From Terriglobia bacterium (lineage in GTDB: Bacteria; Acidobacteriota; Terriglobia; JAJPHL01; JAPKYU01): a DNA stretch of 64,000 nucleotides. Below the pieces are notes generated by a model, which did not search any database, was not told where the DNA came from, and worked only from the letters and a program-made list of their open reading frames with translations. The position numbers and the translations under genes were made by a program. The stretch lies in the NCBI GenBank assembly GCA_965223005.1, contig CBDCVK010000010.1, positions 992,001-1,056,000 of the forward strand, read 5' to 3'. Below, piece after piece: positions 20,020 to 29,716 of the stretch (position 1 is the first letter of the stretch; each line of letters starts with the position of its first letter).

Positions 20020-20218
20020 GCAGCCCGAAGTTTAGCCGATTCGGGGTACAGCGAGCGGGCTCCCCAAGCTTCTTACAGCGAATGGAATCAAACGGGGAGC
20101 GACGCAGGCGGATCCTGTCGGGGCAGTTGACTTGAGCGTCGAACCGAGGTCTAATCGAGACCCCCGACGGCTCAGCGGAACGACTCCCCCCCAATAAGCT
20201 GAATCGCGACCGACCCTC

Positions 20219-20737
20219 ATGACAGAGCCCATCGAGCTGGAGTTCTCCTACACGGATGAGGACCTCAAGCACATCTGGGCGATCGTGCCACGACGCGACA
20301 GCGGGCCGCTCAGAAGAAAAGCCATTCTAGTAGCCCTGCCCGTACTCATTTATCAACTCGTTTTCTCAGGTTGGACTTGGGTAACCGCCCTGTTGACGGT
20401 CATCGTGATCGCGTGGACGTTGGACTTGGTGTTTTCCCGACGGCGGCCACTGCTGACTCCCAAGCGAGCCGCCGATACACCGGTCCGCCTACGAGCCAAT
20501 CAGGAAGGATTCCGGTTTTCCAAAGGTGCGTCGGAGTGGTCGTCGCGATGGGACCAGTGCGGAGAGATTCATGAGGGTCGGGATGGGTTCCTGATCACCG
20601 GGAAACGGCCCGTCTACATTCCCAAGAGGGCTTTTACGAAACCGGAAGCTGCAGAGCAATTCCGAGAGCTGTCGCGGTCGGAGTGCAAGCAATTTGTCGA
20701 AAATCGAGGTCAAAGCACGCCATTCGCCGCGGGATGA
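20219..20737 (+). CDS. YcxB-like membrane protein
   Basis: Two TM segments, then W...YIPKRAF. Confidence 0.75.
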   Translation: MTEPIELEFSYTDEDLKHIWAIVPRRDSGPLRRKAILVALPVLIYQLVFSGWTWVTALLTVIVIAWTLDLVFSRRRPLLTPKRAADTPVRLRANQEGFRFSKGASEWSSRWDQCGEIHEGRDGFLITGKRPVYIPKRAFTKPEAAEQFRELSRSECKQFVENRGQSTPFAAG

Positions 20738-20781
20738 CCAAAAAGCTCCGAGAGCCCCGTCATCCCCGTAACGACTGATTT

Positions 20782-22383
20782 CTAGCCGATTTCGACGGCG
20801 CGCACGAAACGGACCGCAGGGATTCTACGCAGCTCCGCCAACACCGAGTTGGGCACGCGGGGGCCGTCGTAATGGATCACGGCCACGGCCTCAACCGGGC
20901 CCTTGCGGCGGCTGCTATTCTCACGGCGTCCCAGAGAGAAGTTGGCGATGTTGACCCGGCGCCGGCCCAGCAGCGTCCCGATGCGCCCGATGACTCCGGG
21001 GACGTCGGTGTTCTTGAAGAACAGCAGATTGCCAGTGAGCGGCGCCTCGATGTGGATGCCGTCCACCGCCAGCAAGCGCGGGAAGGGATTGTGCAGCAGC
21101 ACCGTCCCCTCGGCTACCGCTTCGGCGCGATCTGTTTGCAGACTGATCCGCACGGAGTCGGTGAATTCAGCTCGACTGCTGCTGCGGCTCTCTTCCAACC
21201 GCATACCCCGATCGGCCGCGATGGAGGCGGCATTCACGAGGTTGGCCTTTTCCGCCAGCACCCGGTTCAGCATGCCTTTCAGCACCGCGTTGCGGAGCAG
21301 GCTGGTGTTCATCTCCGCCAGTTTGCCAAAGTAGGCGATGCGGACTGCGAGCTGGTTTCCCTCGGCGATTTGGGCCAGAAGCGCTCCCAGGCGTTCGGCC
21401 AGTTGCAGGTGCGGCTGCAGCTTACGGTATTCGTCGGGCGAAGGCGCTGGCACGTTCACCGCGTTGATGATGACCCCGTGCTTGAGATACTCGCGCACCT
21501 GCTCCGCGATGCGATAGCCGACCACCTCCTGGGCCTCCTCAGTGGAACCGGCGATGTGCGGCGTGGCAATCACTTGCGGCAACGACGCCAGGGGGTGATT
21601 GGGCAACGGCGGCTCCTGGTTGAAGACGTCGAGGGCCGCGCCGGCCACCTTACCGGCTCGGATCGCCTCGGCCAGGTCGCGCTCGTTGATCACCTCGCCC
21701 CGGGCGCAGTTGATGATCCGCACGCCTGGCTTCATGCGGGCCAGAGTGGCGGCGTTAATCAGGCCGGCCGTTTCCGGGGTGAGCGTCACGTGGAGGCTGA
21801 TGTAGTCGCTCCCCGCCAGCAGCCGCTTCAGGCTGACCAGCTCCGCGTTGGCCTCCGAGGCCACCACCGGGGTGACATAGGGGTCGTGGGCTAGCACCTT
21901 CATCTCCAAGGCGCGCGCCCGTTTGGCGACCTCCACCCCTGTGCGGCCCAGGCCCACGATGCCCAGCGTCTTCTCGCGCAGTTCGCGGCCCATGAACTGC
22001 TTCTTTTCCCAGCGGCCTTGCTTGACCGACTGGTTGGCCTGAGGGATCGCGCGCGCCAGCGTGAACATCAGGGCCAAGGTGTGCTCGGCGACGCTGACGG
22101 CGTTGCCGCCCGGCGTGTTCAGCACCAGCACACCCCGTTTGGTGGCCGCCTCCAGGTCCACATTGTCCACGCCCACGCCGGCTCGTCCCACCACCCGCAG
22201 GCTTGGCGCCCGTTCCAGCACTTCGGTTGTAACCTGGACGCCCCCGCGCAAGATGAGCGCGTCGGCATCCTTCAGCGCCCGCGGCAGCTCCTCGGTGCTG
22301 GGAGTTTCTACGACCTTCCAGCGCTCCGATTTCAGCAACTCGATGCCGCGACGGGAAATCTTATCGGCGACGACGACCTTCAT
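20782..22383 (-). CDS. serA: D-3-phosphoglycerate dehydrogenase
   Basis: [28 protein letters not shown] and ACT domains. Confidence 0.96.
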   Translation of the reverse strand: MKVVVADKISRRGIELLKSERWKVVETPSTEELPRALKDADALILRGGVQVTTEVLERAPSLRVVGRAGVGVDNVDLEAATKRGVLVLNTPGGNAVSVAEHTLALMFTLARAIPQANQSVKQGRWEKKQFMGRELREKTLGIVGLGRTGVEVAKRARALEMKVLAHDPYVTPVVASEANAELVSLKRLLAGSDYISLHVTLTPETAGLINAATLARMKPGVRIINCARGEVINERDLAEAIRAGKVAGAALDVFNQEPPLPNHPLASLPQVIATPHIAGSTEEAQEVVGYRIAEQVREYLKHGVIINAVNVPAPSPDEYRKLQPHLQLAERLGALLAQIAEGNQLAVRIAYFGKLAEMNTSLLRNAVLKGMLNRVLAEKANLVNAASIAADRGMRLEESRSSSRAEFTDSVRISLQTDRAEAVAEGTVLLHNPFPRLLAVDGIHIEAPLTGNLLFFKNTDVPGVIGRIGTLLGRRRVNIANFSLGRRENSSRRKGPVEAVAVIHYDGPRVPNSVLAELRRIPAVRFVRAVEIG

Positions 22384-23540
22384 TCGGTTTTCTCGGCCTC
22401 GCGCAAGTAAATTTCTTGGGCGGCGCGCACCCCCGCTCCCAACGACACCGGCACGTGCAGCGTCTGGAGCGCGATCTCCAGGGAGGCCAGCAGGCCTAGC
22501 GTTTCGGAAAGATCGACGTAGCCCAGGTGAGCGATGCGAAAGATGCAGCCTTTGAGGCTGCTTTGTCCGTTGGCTAGCGCCAGGCCGAATTGCGACCGCA
22601 CCTGCTGGAGGATGGCGCCCGAGTCCAGGCCCTCGGGCGCGCAGACGGCCGTGATGGCGTCCGAAGGAGAGTCCGGAGCAAACAACTTCAGGCCGAGCGC
22701 TCTTACCGCCGCCCGGGTGGCTTCGGCCAGCAAGTGCGCGTTGGCTATCAGGCGCTCGCGGCCCAGCTCGCGCACGTAGCGCAAGACTTCCGCCAGACCC
22801 AGCACCAGAGCGGTAGCCGGGGTGAAGGCGGCTTCGCCGTTCTGCGCAGCGCTGCGTTCCTTGCGAAAGTCAAAGTAGTAACGCGGCAGCCGGGCAGTCT
22901 CCATGCGTCGCCAGGCGCGCTCGCTGACGCTGGCAAAGGCCAGCCCGGGTGGAATCATCAGTGCCTTCTGCGAACCGCTGATCACCACGTCCAGGCCCCA
23001 GCCGTCGACGTCGAGCGCAGTGGTGCCCAGGCCGGTGACGGCGTCCACCACCATCAGAGGGTCGCCCGGGGCCCGGCGTGCCGCCTCGGCGATGCCACGC
23101 ACATCCTGGCGGACCCCAGTGGAGCTTTCCGTGGCCTGGATGAAGACGCCGCGGAATTCACCGGCGCGCATCTTCTCAGCCACCGCGGCTGCCGGCACCG
23201 CCTGGCCGTAGGGCGCGGCCACGCATTCCACCTCCAGCCCGAAGGCATTCGCCAGTTCCACCCAGCGCTCACCGAACTTGCCCGAGGTAGCGACCAGGAC
23301 GCGCTCGCCGGCGGAGAACAGGTTGGAAATGGCTGCCTCCATGGCGCCGGTCCCGGAACTGGTGAACAGGATCACCTGGTTCTCGGTCCCGTAGAAATAC
23401 TTCAAGTCCTCCAGAACGTTGCGGAAAATGCGGCGGAATTCGGCGCTGCGGTGGTGCAGATCGGCTGCCGCCAGCGCCTGCCGGGCCTCCGGCAACAGGG
23501 GTGTCGGCCCGGGAGTGAAAAGCCGTGGCTTACGAATCAT
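22380..23540 (-). CDS. Class V aminotransferase (alanine-glyoxylate/serine-pyruvate family)
   Basis: [22 protein letters not shown]; stop overlaps the serA start. Confidence 0.93.
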   Translation of the reverse strand: MIRKPRLFTPGPTPLLPEARQALAAADLHHRSAEFRRIFRNVLEDLKYFYGTENQVILFTSSGTGAMEAAISNLFSAGERVLVATSGKFGERWVELANAFGLEVECVAAPYGQAVPAAAVAEKMRAGEFRGVFIQATESSTGVRQDVRGIAEAARRAPGDPLMVVDAVTGLGTTALDVDGWGLDVVISGSQKALMIPPGLAFASVSERAWRRMETARLPRYYFDFRKERSAAQNGEAAFTPATALVLGLAEVLRYVRELGRERLIANAHLLAEATRAAVRALGLKLFAPDSPSDAITAVCAPEGLDSGAILQQVRSQFGLALANGQSSLKGCIFRIAHLGYVDLSETLGLLASLEIALQTLHVPVSLGAGVRAAQEIYLREAEKTE

Positions 23541-23606
23541 GAAGATTCACCTGAGGAACGCCAAGAAGAGCCGTAGACAAGTTAGAATAACACACCGGTC
23601 GACACC

Positions 23607-24059
23607 ATGACGATTCAGGAGCGCGTTCAAGCAGAACTGGCCGACGCCATGCGTCGAAAGGACGAACTGCGTCTGAGTGTCCTGCGCATGATGAAAACCG
23701 CAGTTCGCAACCGGGAGGTGGAGAAGCGCAAACCGCTGGACGAGACCGAATGCCAGCAGGCGTTCTCCATGCTGATCAAGCAACGCCGCGATTCCGTCGA
23801 GCAGTACCGCAAAGGCGGGCGCGAGGAGCTTGCCGAAAAGGAAGAAGCTGAAATCCGCATCCTGGAAGAGTATCTGCCCGCCCCGGTCAGCGAGTCGGAG
23901 TTGGAAGCGGCCATCGAGGCTGCGGTTGCGGAAACCGGCGCGACCTCCGCGAAACAGGTGGGTGCGGTCATGAAAGCCGCGATGGCCCGGCTGGCGGGCC
24001 GTCGGGCGGACGGCAAGCAGGTCAATGAGAAGGTGCGCGCCCGGCTGAGCAGCCAGTAG
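23607..24059 (+). CDS. GatB/YqeY domain protein
   Basis: AMRRKDELRLSVLRM, KQRRDSVEQY, EEYLP. Confidence 0.93.
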   Translation: MTIQERVQAELADAMRRKDELRLSVLRMMKTAVRNREVEKRKPLDETECQQAFSMLIKQRRDSVEQYRKGGREELAEKEEAEIRILEEYLPAPVSESELEAAIEAAVAETGATSAKQVGAVMKAAMARLAGRRADGKQVNEKVRARLSSQ

Positions 24060-24126
24060 GCAATAGGCAGTACGCAGCAGGCAGTCGGCAAACCGAGTGC
24101 CTATTCCTGCTCCTTACTGCCTACTG
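24054..24126. repeat. 7-mer-periodic inverted (hairpin) element
   Basis: CAGTAGG-like units x5, then complementary units; cagtaggca/tgcctactg are perfect outer inverted repeats. Confidence 0.8.
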
Positions 24127-24248
24127 AAAGCCAAAAAGGGGGTCGCTGATGGGACGTTTGCCAGCTTGACCCTCCCCTGCGCCAATGGTAACGTGCCACG
24201 CTTGCGCACGCTGCCACGGCCCGCGCGGCAGCCCCGAAGGAGCATGCC

Positions 24249-26414
24249 ATGGCTGAGAAGGTCCAGGTGACACCGGCGTCGGCGGAATCGGCGGCGGCCG
24301 CTTTCAAGCCCTATGTGTCGCCCCAGGAGTCGCCTGCGGAGTTCACGGTCAAGGCGGTGATCTTAGGCGCCTTCTTTGGGCTCGTTTTCGGGGCGGTCAC
24401 CGTCTACCTGGCCTTGCGGGCGGGGCTGACGGTGAGCGCCTCGGTCCCCATCGCCGTGCTGGCCATCGCTCTGTTCAAGCGCCTGGGGCGAGCCACCATC
24501 CTGGAAAACAACATTGTGCAAACGGCGGGCTCGGCGGGCGAGTCCATTGCCGCCGGCGTCGTCTTTACCCTGCCGGCACTGATTTTCCTGGGGTTCGCCG
24601 AATACTTCACGCCCTCGCGCATCTTCCTGGTCGCGCTGGTAGGCGGCTGCCTGGGCGTGCTGTTCATGATCCCGCTGCGGCGCTACCTGATCGTGAAGGA
24701 GCACGGCAATCTCACCTATCCGGAAGGAACCGCCTGCGCCGACGTGCTGGTGGCCGGCGAGCGCGGTGGCTCCTTCGCCGGCAGGGTCTTCTGGGGGCTG
24801 GGCATCGGAGCGGTCTACAAGTTCCTGATGGAGGGCTTGCAGTTGTGGAAAGACACGCCCATCTATCAGCCGCGCTGGTATCCGGGTGGCACGGTGGCTG
24901 GCAACATCACTCCGGAATACCTGGGGGTGGGCTACATCATTGGGCCGCGAATCGCGGGCACGATCATTGCCGGAGGCGTGCTGTCCTGGCTGGTGCTGAT
25001 TCCGGCCATCAAGTTTTTCGGCGGAAACCTCACGACGCCCATCTTCCCCGGCACCATTCCCATCGCCGAGATGAGTGCCGCCCAGATCTGGCACAACTAC
25101 ATCCGCCCGATCGGCGCGGGCGCGGTGGCCATGGCGGGACTGTTCACAGTGTGGCGCACTATCCCCACCATTGTGGAGTCGTTCCGCGCCGGCGTGCGCG
25201 ATCTGCTGGCGGGCCGTGAAGGACGGGAGGAACGCGAAGCCCGCCTGCGCACCGACCAGGACCTGCCCCTGACACTGGTGTTGGGCGGCTCACTGGTGAT
25301 GCTGGTCGTGATCTGGGGGCTGCTGCAGTTCAACATCAATCCTGGCGCTCCGCTCGGCAACCTGATCGCCGCCGTCCTGATGGTGGTCTTCGGGTTTCTC
25401 TTCGTCACCGTGTCCTCACGGGTGGTGGGCATCATCGGCAGCTCGGCCAACCCGATTTCCGGCATGACCATTGCGACGCTGATGGCCACCTCGCTGCTGT
25501 TTCTACTGGTGGGCTGGACCGGGGGCGTCTTCCCCGCCGTGGCGCTATCTATTGGGGCAGTCGTGTGCATTGCCGCTGCCAACGGCGGAGCTACTTCGCA
25601 GGATCTGAAGACCGGCTTCCTGGTGGGCGGCACACCGTGGCGCATGCAGCTCGCCTTGATCGTAGGGACGGTGGTTTCGGTGATGGTGATCGGCTACACG
25701 ATCACCTACCTGAACCAATCGGAAACCCGGGTGCGCGAAACTACTCTTGCCGTGGATGCGCCCGCGCTGGCGGAAGCCAAATCCGAGGGCACGGTGGAAT
25801 ACCAGGGCCGGCAGTATCAACGGCTGACGGTGATCGGCTCCCACCAGGTTCCCGACGGCACCTACTACGCCGATCCGGCCACCGGCCAGGTCCAGTATCA
25901 ACTGGTGCACGGCATCGGCTCCGAGCGGCTGCCGGCGCCGCAGGCGCTGTTGATGTCCACGGTGATCAACGGCATCCTCAACCAAAACTTGCCGTGGCGC
26001 CTGGTGCTGTTGGGCGTGTTCCTGGTGATCGTGGTCGAATTGCTCGGGGTGCGCTCGCTGGCGTTTGCAGTGGGCACCTACCTGCCGATCTCCACCAGCG
26101 CCGCTATTTTTGGCGGCGGCGCGGTGCGCTGGCTTGTGGACCGCAACCGCAAACCGGCTGCCGCGGCCGGGGCACACGGCGAAAGCGAGGTGGGCAGCGG
26201 GGAGCTGTTCGGCTCGGGCCTGATTGCCGCCGGTGCGCTGGTGGGTCTGCTGGTCATCGCCCCCATCCGCGCCAATAAGTTGGAGGAAAAGTTTGCGATC
26301 GGGCCTGGGATTTTGGGCGACTTTGCCACCAGCAACCCGATGGCGCTGGTCATGTTCCTGCTGCTGGCTCTCGTCCTCTATCTGTTCGCCCGCAAACCTC
26401 TGGATCAGGCTTAG
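24249..26414 (+). CDS. OPT-family oligopeptide transporter
   Basis: ENNIVQT, YPEGTAC, SANPISGMTIA, SQDLKTG, APQA. Confidence 0.95.
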   Translation: MAEKVQVTPASAESAAAAFKPYVSPQESPAEFTVKAVILGAFFGLVFGAVTVYLALRAGLTVSASVPIAVLAIALFKRLGRATILENNIVQTAGSAGESIAAGVVFTLPALIFLGFAEYFTPSRIFLVALVGGCLGVLFMIPLRRYLIVKEHGNLTYPEGTACADVLVAGERGGSFAGRVFWGLGIGAVYKFLMEGLQLWKDTPIYQPRWYPGGTVAGNITPEYLGVGYIIGPRIAGTIIAGGVLSWLVLIPAIKFFGGNLTTPIFPGTIPIAEMSAAQIWHNYIRPIGAGAVAMAGLFTVWRTIPTIVESFRAGVRDLLAGREGREEREARLRTDQDLPLTLVLGGSLVMLVVIWGLLQFNINPGAPLGNLIAAVLMVVFGFLFVTVSSRVVGIIGSSANPISGMTIATLMATSLLFLLVGWTGGVFPAVALSIGAVVCIAAANGGATSQDLKTGFLVGGTPWRMQLALIVGTVVSVMVIGYTITYLNQSETRVRETTLAVDAPALAEAKSEGTVEYQGRQYQRLTVIGSHQVPDGTYYADPATGQVQYQLVHGIGSERLPAPQALLMSTVINGILNQNLPWRLVLLGVFLVIVVELLGVRSLAFAVGTYLPISTSAAIFGGGAVRWLVDRNRKPAAAAGAHGESEVGSGELFGSGLIAAGALVGLLVIAPIRANKLEEKFAIGPGILGDFATSNPMALVMFLLLALVLYLFARKPLDQA

Positions 26415-26436
26415 CGAGCTACCGGCTGAGGGCCGG

Positions 26437-27039
26437 CTATTTGCCGACCCGCTCGATGGTGACTTTTTTCAGCGTCACCCGAGTGAGGGGTTTGTCTCTG
26501 CCGTCGCGCGGTACTCGCGCAATCTTGTTCACCAGGCTTTGGCCGCTGACTACCTGGCCAAAGATCGTGTGCTTTCCGTTCAGGCCTGGGGTGGGAACCT
26601 CGGTGATGAAGAACTGGCTGCCATTGGTGTTCGGACCGCTGTTGGCCATTGCCAGCCTGCCGCGGCGGTTGAACTTCAAGCTCGACACGAACTCATCTTC
26701 AAACTTGTAGCCGGGCCCGCCGAAGCCTGTGCCCGCCGGGTCGCCGCCCTGGATCATGAATCTGGGCATGACCCGATGGAAGATGGTGCGGGTGTAGAGC
26801 GGCGTCTTTTTCTTGGCCCTGGTCACCGGGTGGGTCCATCCCTTGGTGCCGGTCGCCAGGCCGATGAAGTTGGCCACCGTTTTCGGGGCCTGCTTCTCGT
26901 AAAGCTCGCAGACGATCTCACCCATCGAGGTGTGGAAGGTGGCGTAGACGCCGGGGGAGCGCTTCTTCTGCGCCAGCGCCGTGGTTGCCAGCCCCAGCGC
27001 AATTGCAAGCGCAATTGCAAAGATCAGCCCTCTTTTCAT
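26437..27039 (-). CDS. Exported cyclophilin-type peptidyl-prolyl isomerase
   Basis: FHRVMPRFMIQGGDP, MANSGPNTNGSQFFI; GGAGG before ATG 27039. Confidence 0.95.
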   Translation of the reverse strand: MKRGLIFAIALAIALGLATTALAQKKRSPGVYATFHTSMGEIVCELYEKQAPKTVANFIGLATGTKGWTHPVTRAKKKTPLYTRTIFHRVMPRFMIQGGDPAGTGFGGPGYKFEDEFVSSLKFNRRGRLAMANSGPNTNGSQFFITEVPTPGLNGKHTIFGQVVSGQSLVNKIARVPRDGRDKPLTRVTLKKVTIERVGK

Positions 27040-27132
27040 AGTTCCTCCAGATTTGAATTGCGGCACTGACAATTAAACCATGACAATTAAACCATCGACG
27101 ATGGAATAAGGAAAGAACTGCCTGACAGCTGG

Positions 27133-28392
27133 TCAATCATCCGGTGGCCGGTCATGCAATCTAACCTGTTCGACGCGCTCCATGACGCGCAGCAGGTTGC
27201 CGCCGAGAATTTTTACTAGGTCCGGCTCCGAGTAGCCGCGCCGCAGCAGTTCGGCGGTGAGGTGCGGCAACTGGGAGACGTCCTCCATGCCGCGCGGCAT
27301 GGTCGCACCGTCGAAGTCCGAGCCGAGCCCCACGTGGTCCACGCCCACCAGCTTCACCACGTGGTCAATGTGGTCGGCGATGCGCTCCACACCCGGCCGG
27401 GGCAGGCGGGCGTCGAAGGTCAGCTCCAGTCGGAGCTTCTCGCGGGCCAGCCGGGCTGGGTCAGCCTTCCACTTCTGCTCCAGCCGGCGCTCCTGCTGCC
27501 GAAACTCCGCGCTCACCTTATTCCAGGCTGTCGTGTAGTTGGCGTCCAGAAACGCGGAGTAAAAATTGATCTGGATGAGGCCGCCGTTTTCGGCCAGCGC
27601 TCGGATCATTGCGTCGGTCATGTTGCGCGGCACATTCGCCAGCGCCCTGCAGGAGCTGTGGCTGGCGATGACCGGGGCCTGCGTCACCTCCAAGGCGTCG
27701 TAGAAGGTTCGGTCCGAGACGTGGGATATGTCCACCATCATGCCCAGCCGGTTCATGCGAGCGACGATGGCGCGGCCCTTCTCGTTCAACCCGCGCTTGC
27801 GGCCGGCATCGCCGGAGGAGCCGGCCCAGGAGGTGGAAATGGACCAGGTGAGGGTCATGTAGCGGACACCCAGCCGGTAGAAAACGTCGAGCACGCGCGG
27901 CTTGTCTTCGATGGCGTGTCCGCCTTCAACACCCATCAACGCGGCCAGCTTGCCGGCGGCATGAACGCGGCGGATGTCGTCCGCCGTGCGCGCCAGCTCC
28001 AGCTCGCTCGAGTGGCGCTCCACCTGGTCCAGCACGGCGTCAATTTGCGTCAGGGCCTGCCGCAAGTAATGCGGCTTGTAGCTGGGGCGCACCCAGATGG
28101 AAAAAAAGACGGCATCCAGGCCACCCTCGCGCATGCGGGGCAGGTCCAGATGGCCGTCCGGGTCGCGGAGGCTCAGGTCCAGGTTCTCTTCCACCAGGCG
28201 CTTCGTGGTGTCGGCGTGGGTGTCAATGACGATTGCGCGGCGGTGAATCTGTCGCGCCTGGCTCAGGCTGTCCCTCGGTTGCGGATTGCGGACTTCAGGT
28301 TTCGAATTTCGCGTTTCGGATTCCGGATCTGCTGGGCGGCAGGCCAGAACAATGAGCGCCAGGAGGAATAAAAGGACAACGGACCGAATCAT
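27133..28392 (-). CDS. Membrane dipeptidase (peptidase M19), probable lipoprotein
   Basis: IDTHAD, VEGG, DISH, ASHS, GSDFDG; lipobox-like VLAC; start ATG 28392. Confidence 0.93.
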   Translation of the reverse strand: MIRSVVLLFLLALIVLACRPADPESETRNSKPEVRNPQPRDSLSQARQIHRRAIVIDTHADTTKRLVEENLDLSLRDPDGHLDLPRMREGGLDAVFFSIWVRPSYKPHYLRQALTQIDAVLDQVERHSSELELARTADDIRRVHAAGKLAALMGVEGGHAIEDKPRVLDVFYRLGVRYMTLTWSISTSWAGSSGDAGRKRGLNEKGRAIVARMNRLGMMVDISHVSDRTFYDALEVTQAPVIASHSSCRALANVPRNMTDAMIRALAENGGLIQINFYSAFLDANYTTAWNKVSAEFRQQERRLEQKWKADPARLAREKLRLELTFDARLPRPGVERIADHIDHVVKLVGVDHVGLGSDFDGATMPRGMEDVSQLPHLTAELLRRGYSEPDLVKILGGNLLRVMERVEQVRLHDRPPDD

Positions 28393-28655
28393 TCGGTGAA
28401 CTCCACCTGCTGCCCGAGCTCCTGGATCAGGGCGTCGGCCACTTCTTCGGCGGTGCCCGGCCGTTCCTGTTTCGGCGTCCAGTTCCACTGATTCAGATAG
28501 TCGTCGGTGCCGGCCAAGCCTTCCCTCATGGCGATCTTGTCAATCTCTTCCTGGAACCGGCCGGGCATGGGCCGCGACAGAGTTCTCTGGCCCTCGGCGG
28601 ACACCTTCACCTGCGCCGGGATATGCTTCCAGTAGAGGATCTGGTATTTCGCCAT
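28389..28655 (-). CDS. 'Virulence factor' family small protein
   Basis: YWKHIPAQV...RFQEEIDKIAM...YLNQW family pattern. Confidence 0.8.
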   Translation of the reverse strand: MAKYQILYWKHIPAQVKVSAEGQRTLSRPMPGRFQEEIDKIAMREGLAGTDDYLNQWNWTPKQERPGTAEEVADALIQELGQQVEFTE

Positions 28656-28663
28656 ATGTTTCC

Positions 28664-29716
28664 CTACCCAGCGGTGACGGGCTCCAGTTCCCCCTTGCGG
28701 TAGGCGCGGAGGAAGTTCTTACAGTTCCGGTCGTGCCCTGTCAGCATGTCCTGGGCCAGCTGATAGGGCCGGGAACTCTTGTCTGCCGAGAACACCCGGT
28801 TCAGATCGTTGCCCACGGGGTCCACGATGCCGCTGTCGGCGCCTGCTTCCACGGAGAGATTGATGAACGCCTCGTTGATCAACCGGCGGCAAGGGAGGCC
28901 GAACGACACGTTGCTCAAGCCGCCCGTCAGGTGAATCTTCTCGCCGTACTTCTCACGCAGCTGGCGGATCGCCTCCAGGTAATGGTTTCCGAACTGACCG
29001 TCCACCGAGATGGGGAAGACCAGGCCGTCCACATAAAGGTCCTCAATGGGGAGGCTCTTAGCCAGGGCGGTATCGATCACCTGGGAAGCGTTGGCCACTC
29101 GCTCCTCGGTGTTTTGGGGCATGCCGCTGGAGCCAGAGGCCGTGACGATCACCGACAGGTTGCGCTCCCGGGCCAGGTCCAGTGCCTCCAGCCGTTCCAG
29201 CGAGGCGGAGTTCAGCATGGCCCGGCCTGTGCTCCCCGAGCAGGCCTGAATGCCGGCGCGAATGGTGTCCAGATTGGAGGAATCAATCGAGAGCGGCACC
29301 GGCGCCAGCGGTTCGATGGCGCGCACCAGCCAGCGCATCGCTTCGAACTGTTTGTCCGGGTAGAGGGAGACCTCGTCCACGTTCAAGTCCAGGAAGTCCG
29401 CGCCGCCTTTGAGCTGCCGCGTCATCAGCGCGCGCAGGTACTCCATTCCTTCGGTGGCGGCGGGCTCGCCGCCCGACATGGCCGCCCTCACCGCGATGGC
29501 CACGTGCTTGACGCGCCCCTCCTCATAGTCCTGCTGGCTCTTGACCTGTTCCGGGATGATCAGGTAGCGGGTTTCTCCGCTCGCGCTGGTGTAGCGGACC
29601 GCCTCCTCACCGCTGGGAGTGGTGGTGACTAGCTTGCCAGCGCGGCGCAAGACGCGGGTCGTGTGGATGTTTTCCCCGATGACAACGAATTCCTTGTTCA
29701 AGTCTTGAGGTTTCAT
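28664..29716 (-). CDS. Pterin-binding corrinoid:tetrahydrofolate methyltransferase (AcsE/MetH-Ptr-like)
   Basis: IGENI, FLDLNVD, SIDSS, LNS, GGLSNVSFGLP, IVDP. Confidence 0.9.
   Translation of the reverse strand: MKPQDLNKEFVVIGENIHTTRVLRRAGKLVTTTPSGEEAVRYTSASGETRYLIIPEQVKSQQDYEEGRVKHVAIAVRAAMSGGEPAATEGMEYLRALMTRQLKGGADFLDLNVDEVSLYPDKQFEAMRWLVRAIEPLAPVPLSIDSSNLDTIRAGIQACSGSTGRAMLNSASLERLEALDLARERNLSVIVTASGSSGMPQNTEERVANASQVIDTALAKSLPIEDLYVDGLVFPISVDGQFGNHYLEAIRQLREKYGEKIHLTGGLSNVSFGLPCRRLINEAFINLSVEAGADSGIVDPVGNDLNRVFSADKSSRPYQLAQDMLTGHDRNCKNFLRAYRKGELEPVTAG

Noticed and set aside
20782-23540. serA and class V aminotransferase as part of the C1 cluster
   Set aside because: Common housekeeping pair, separated from the cluster by unrelated genes
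27067-27100. Resemblance to the tac/trp promoter (vector contamination)
   Set aside because: Only TGACAATTAA matches; no TATAAT or lac operator; flanks are native genes
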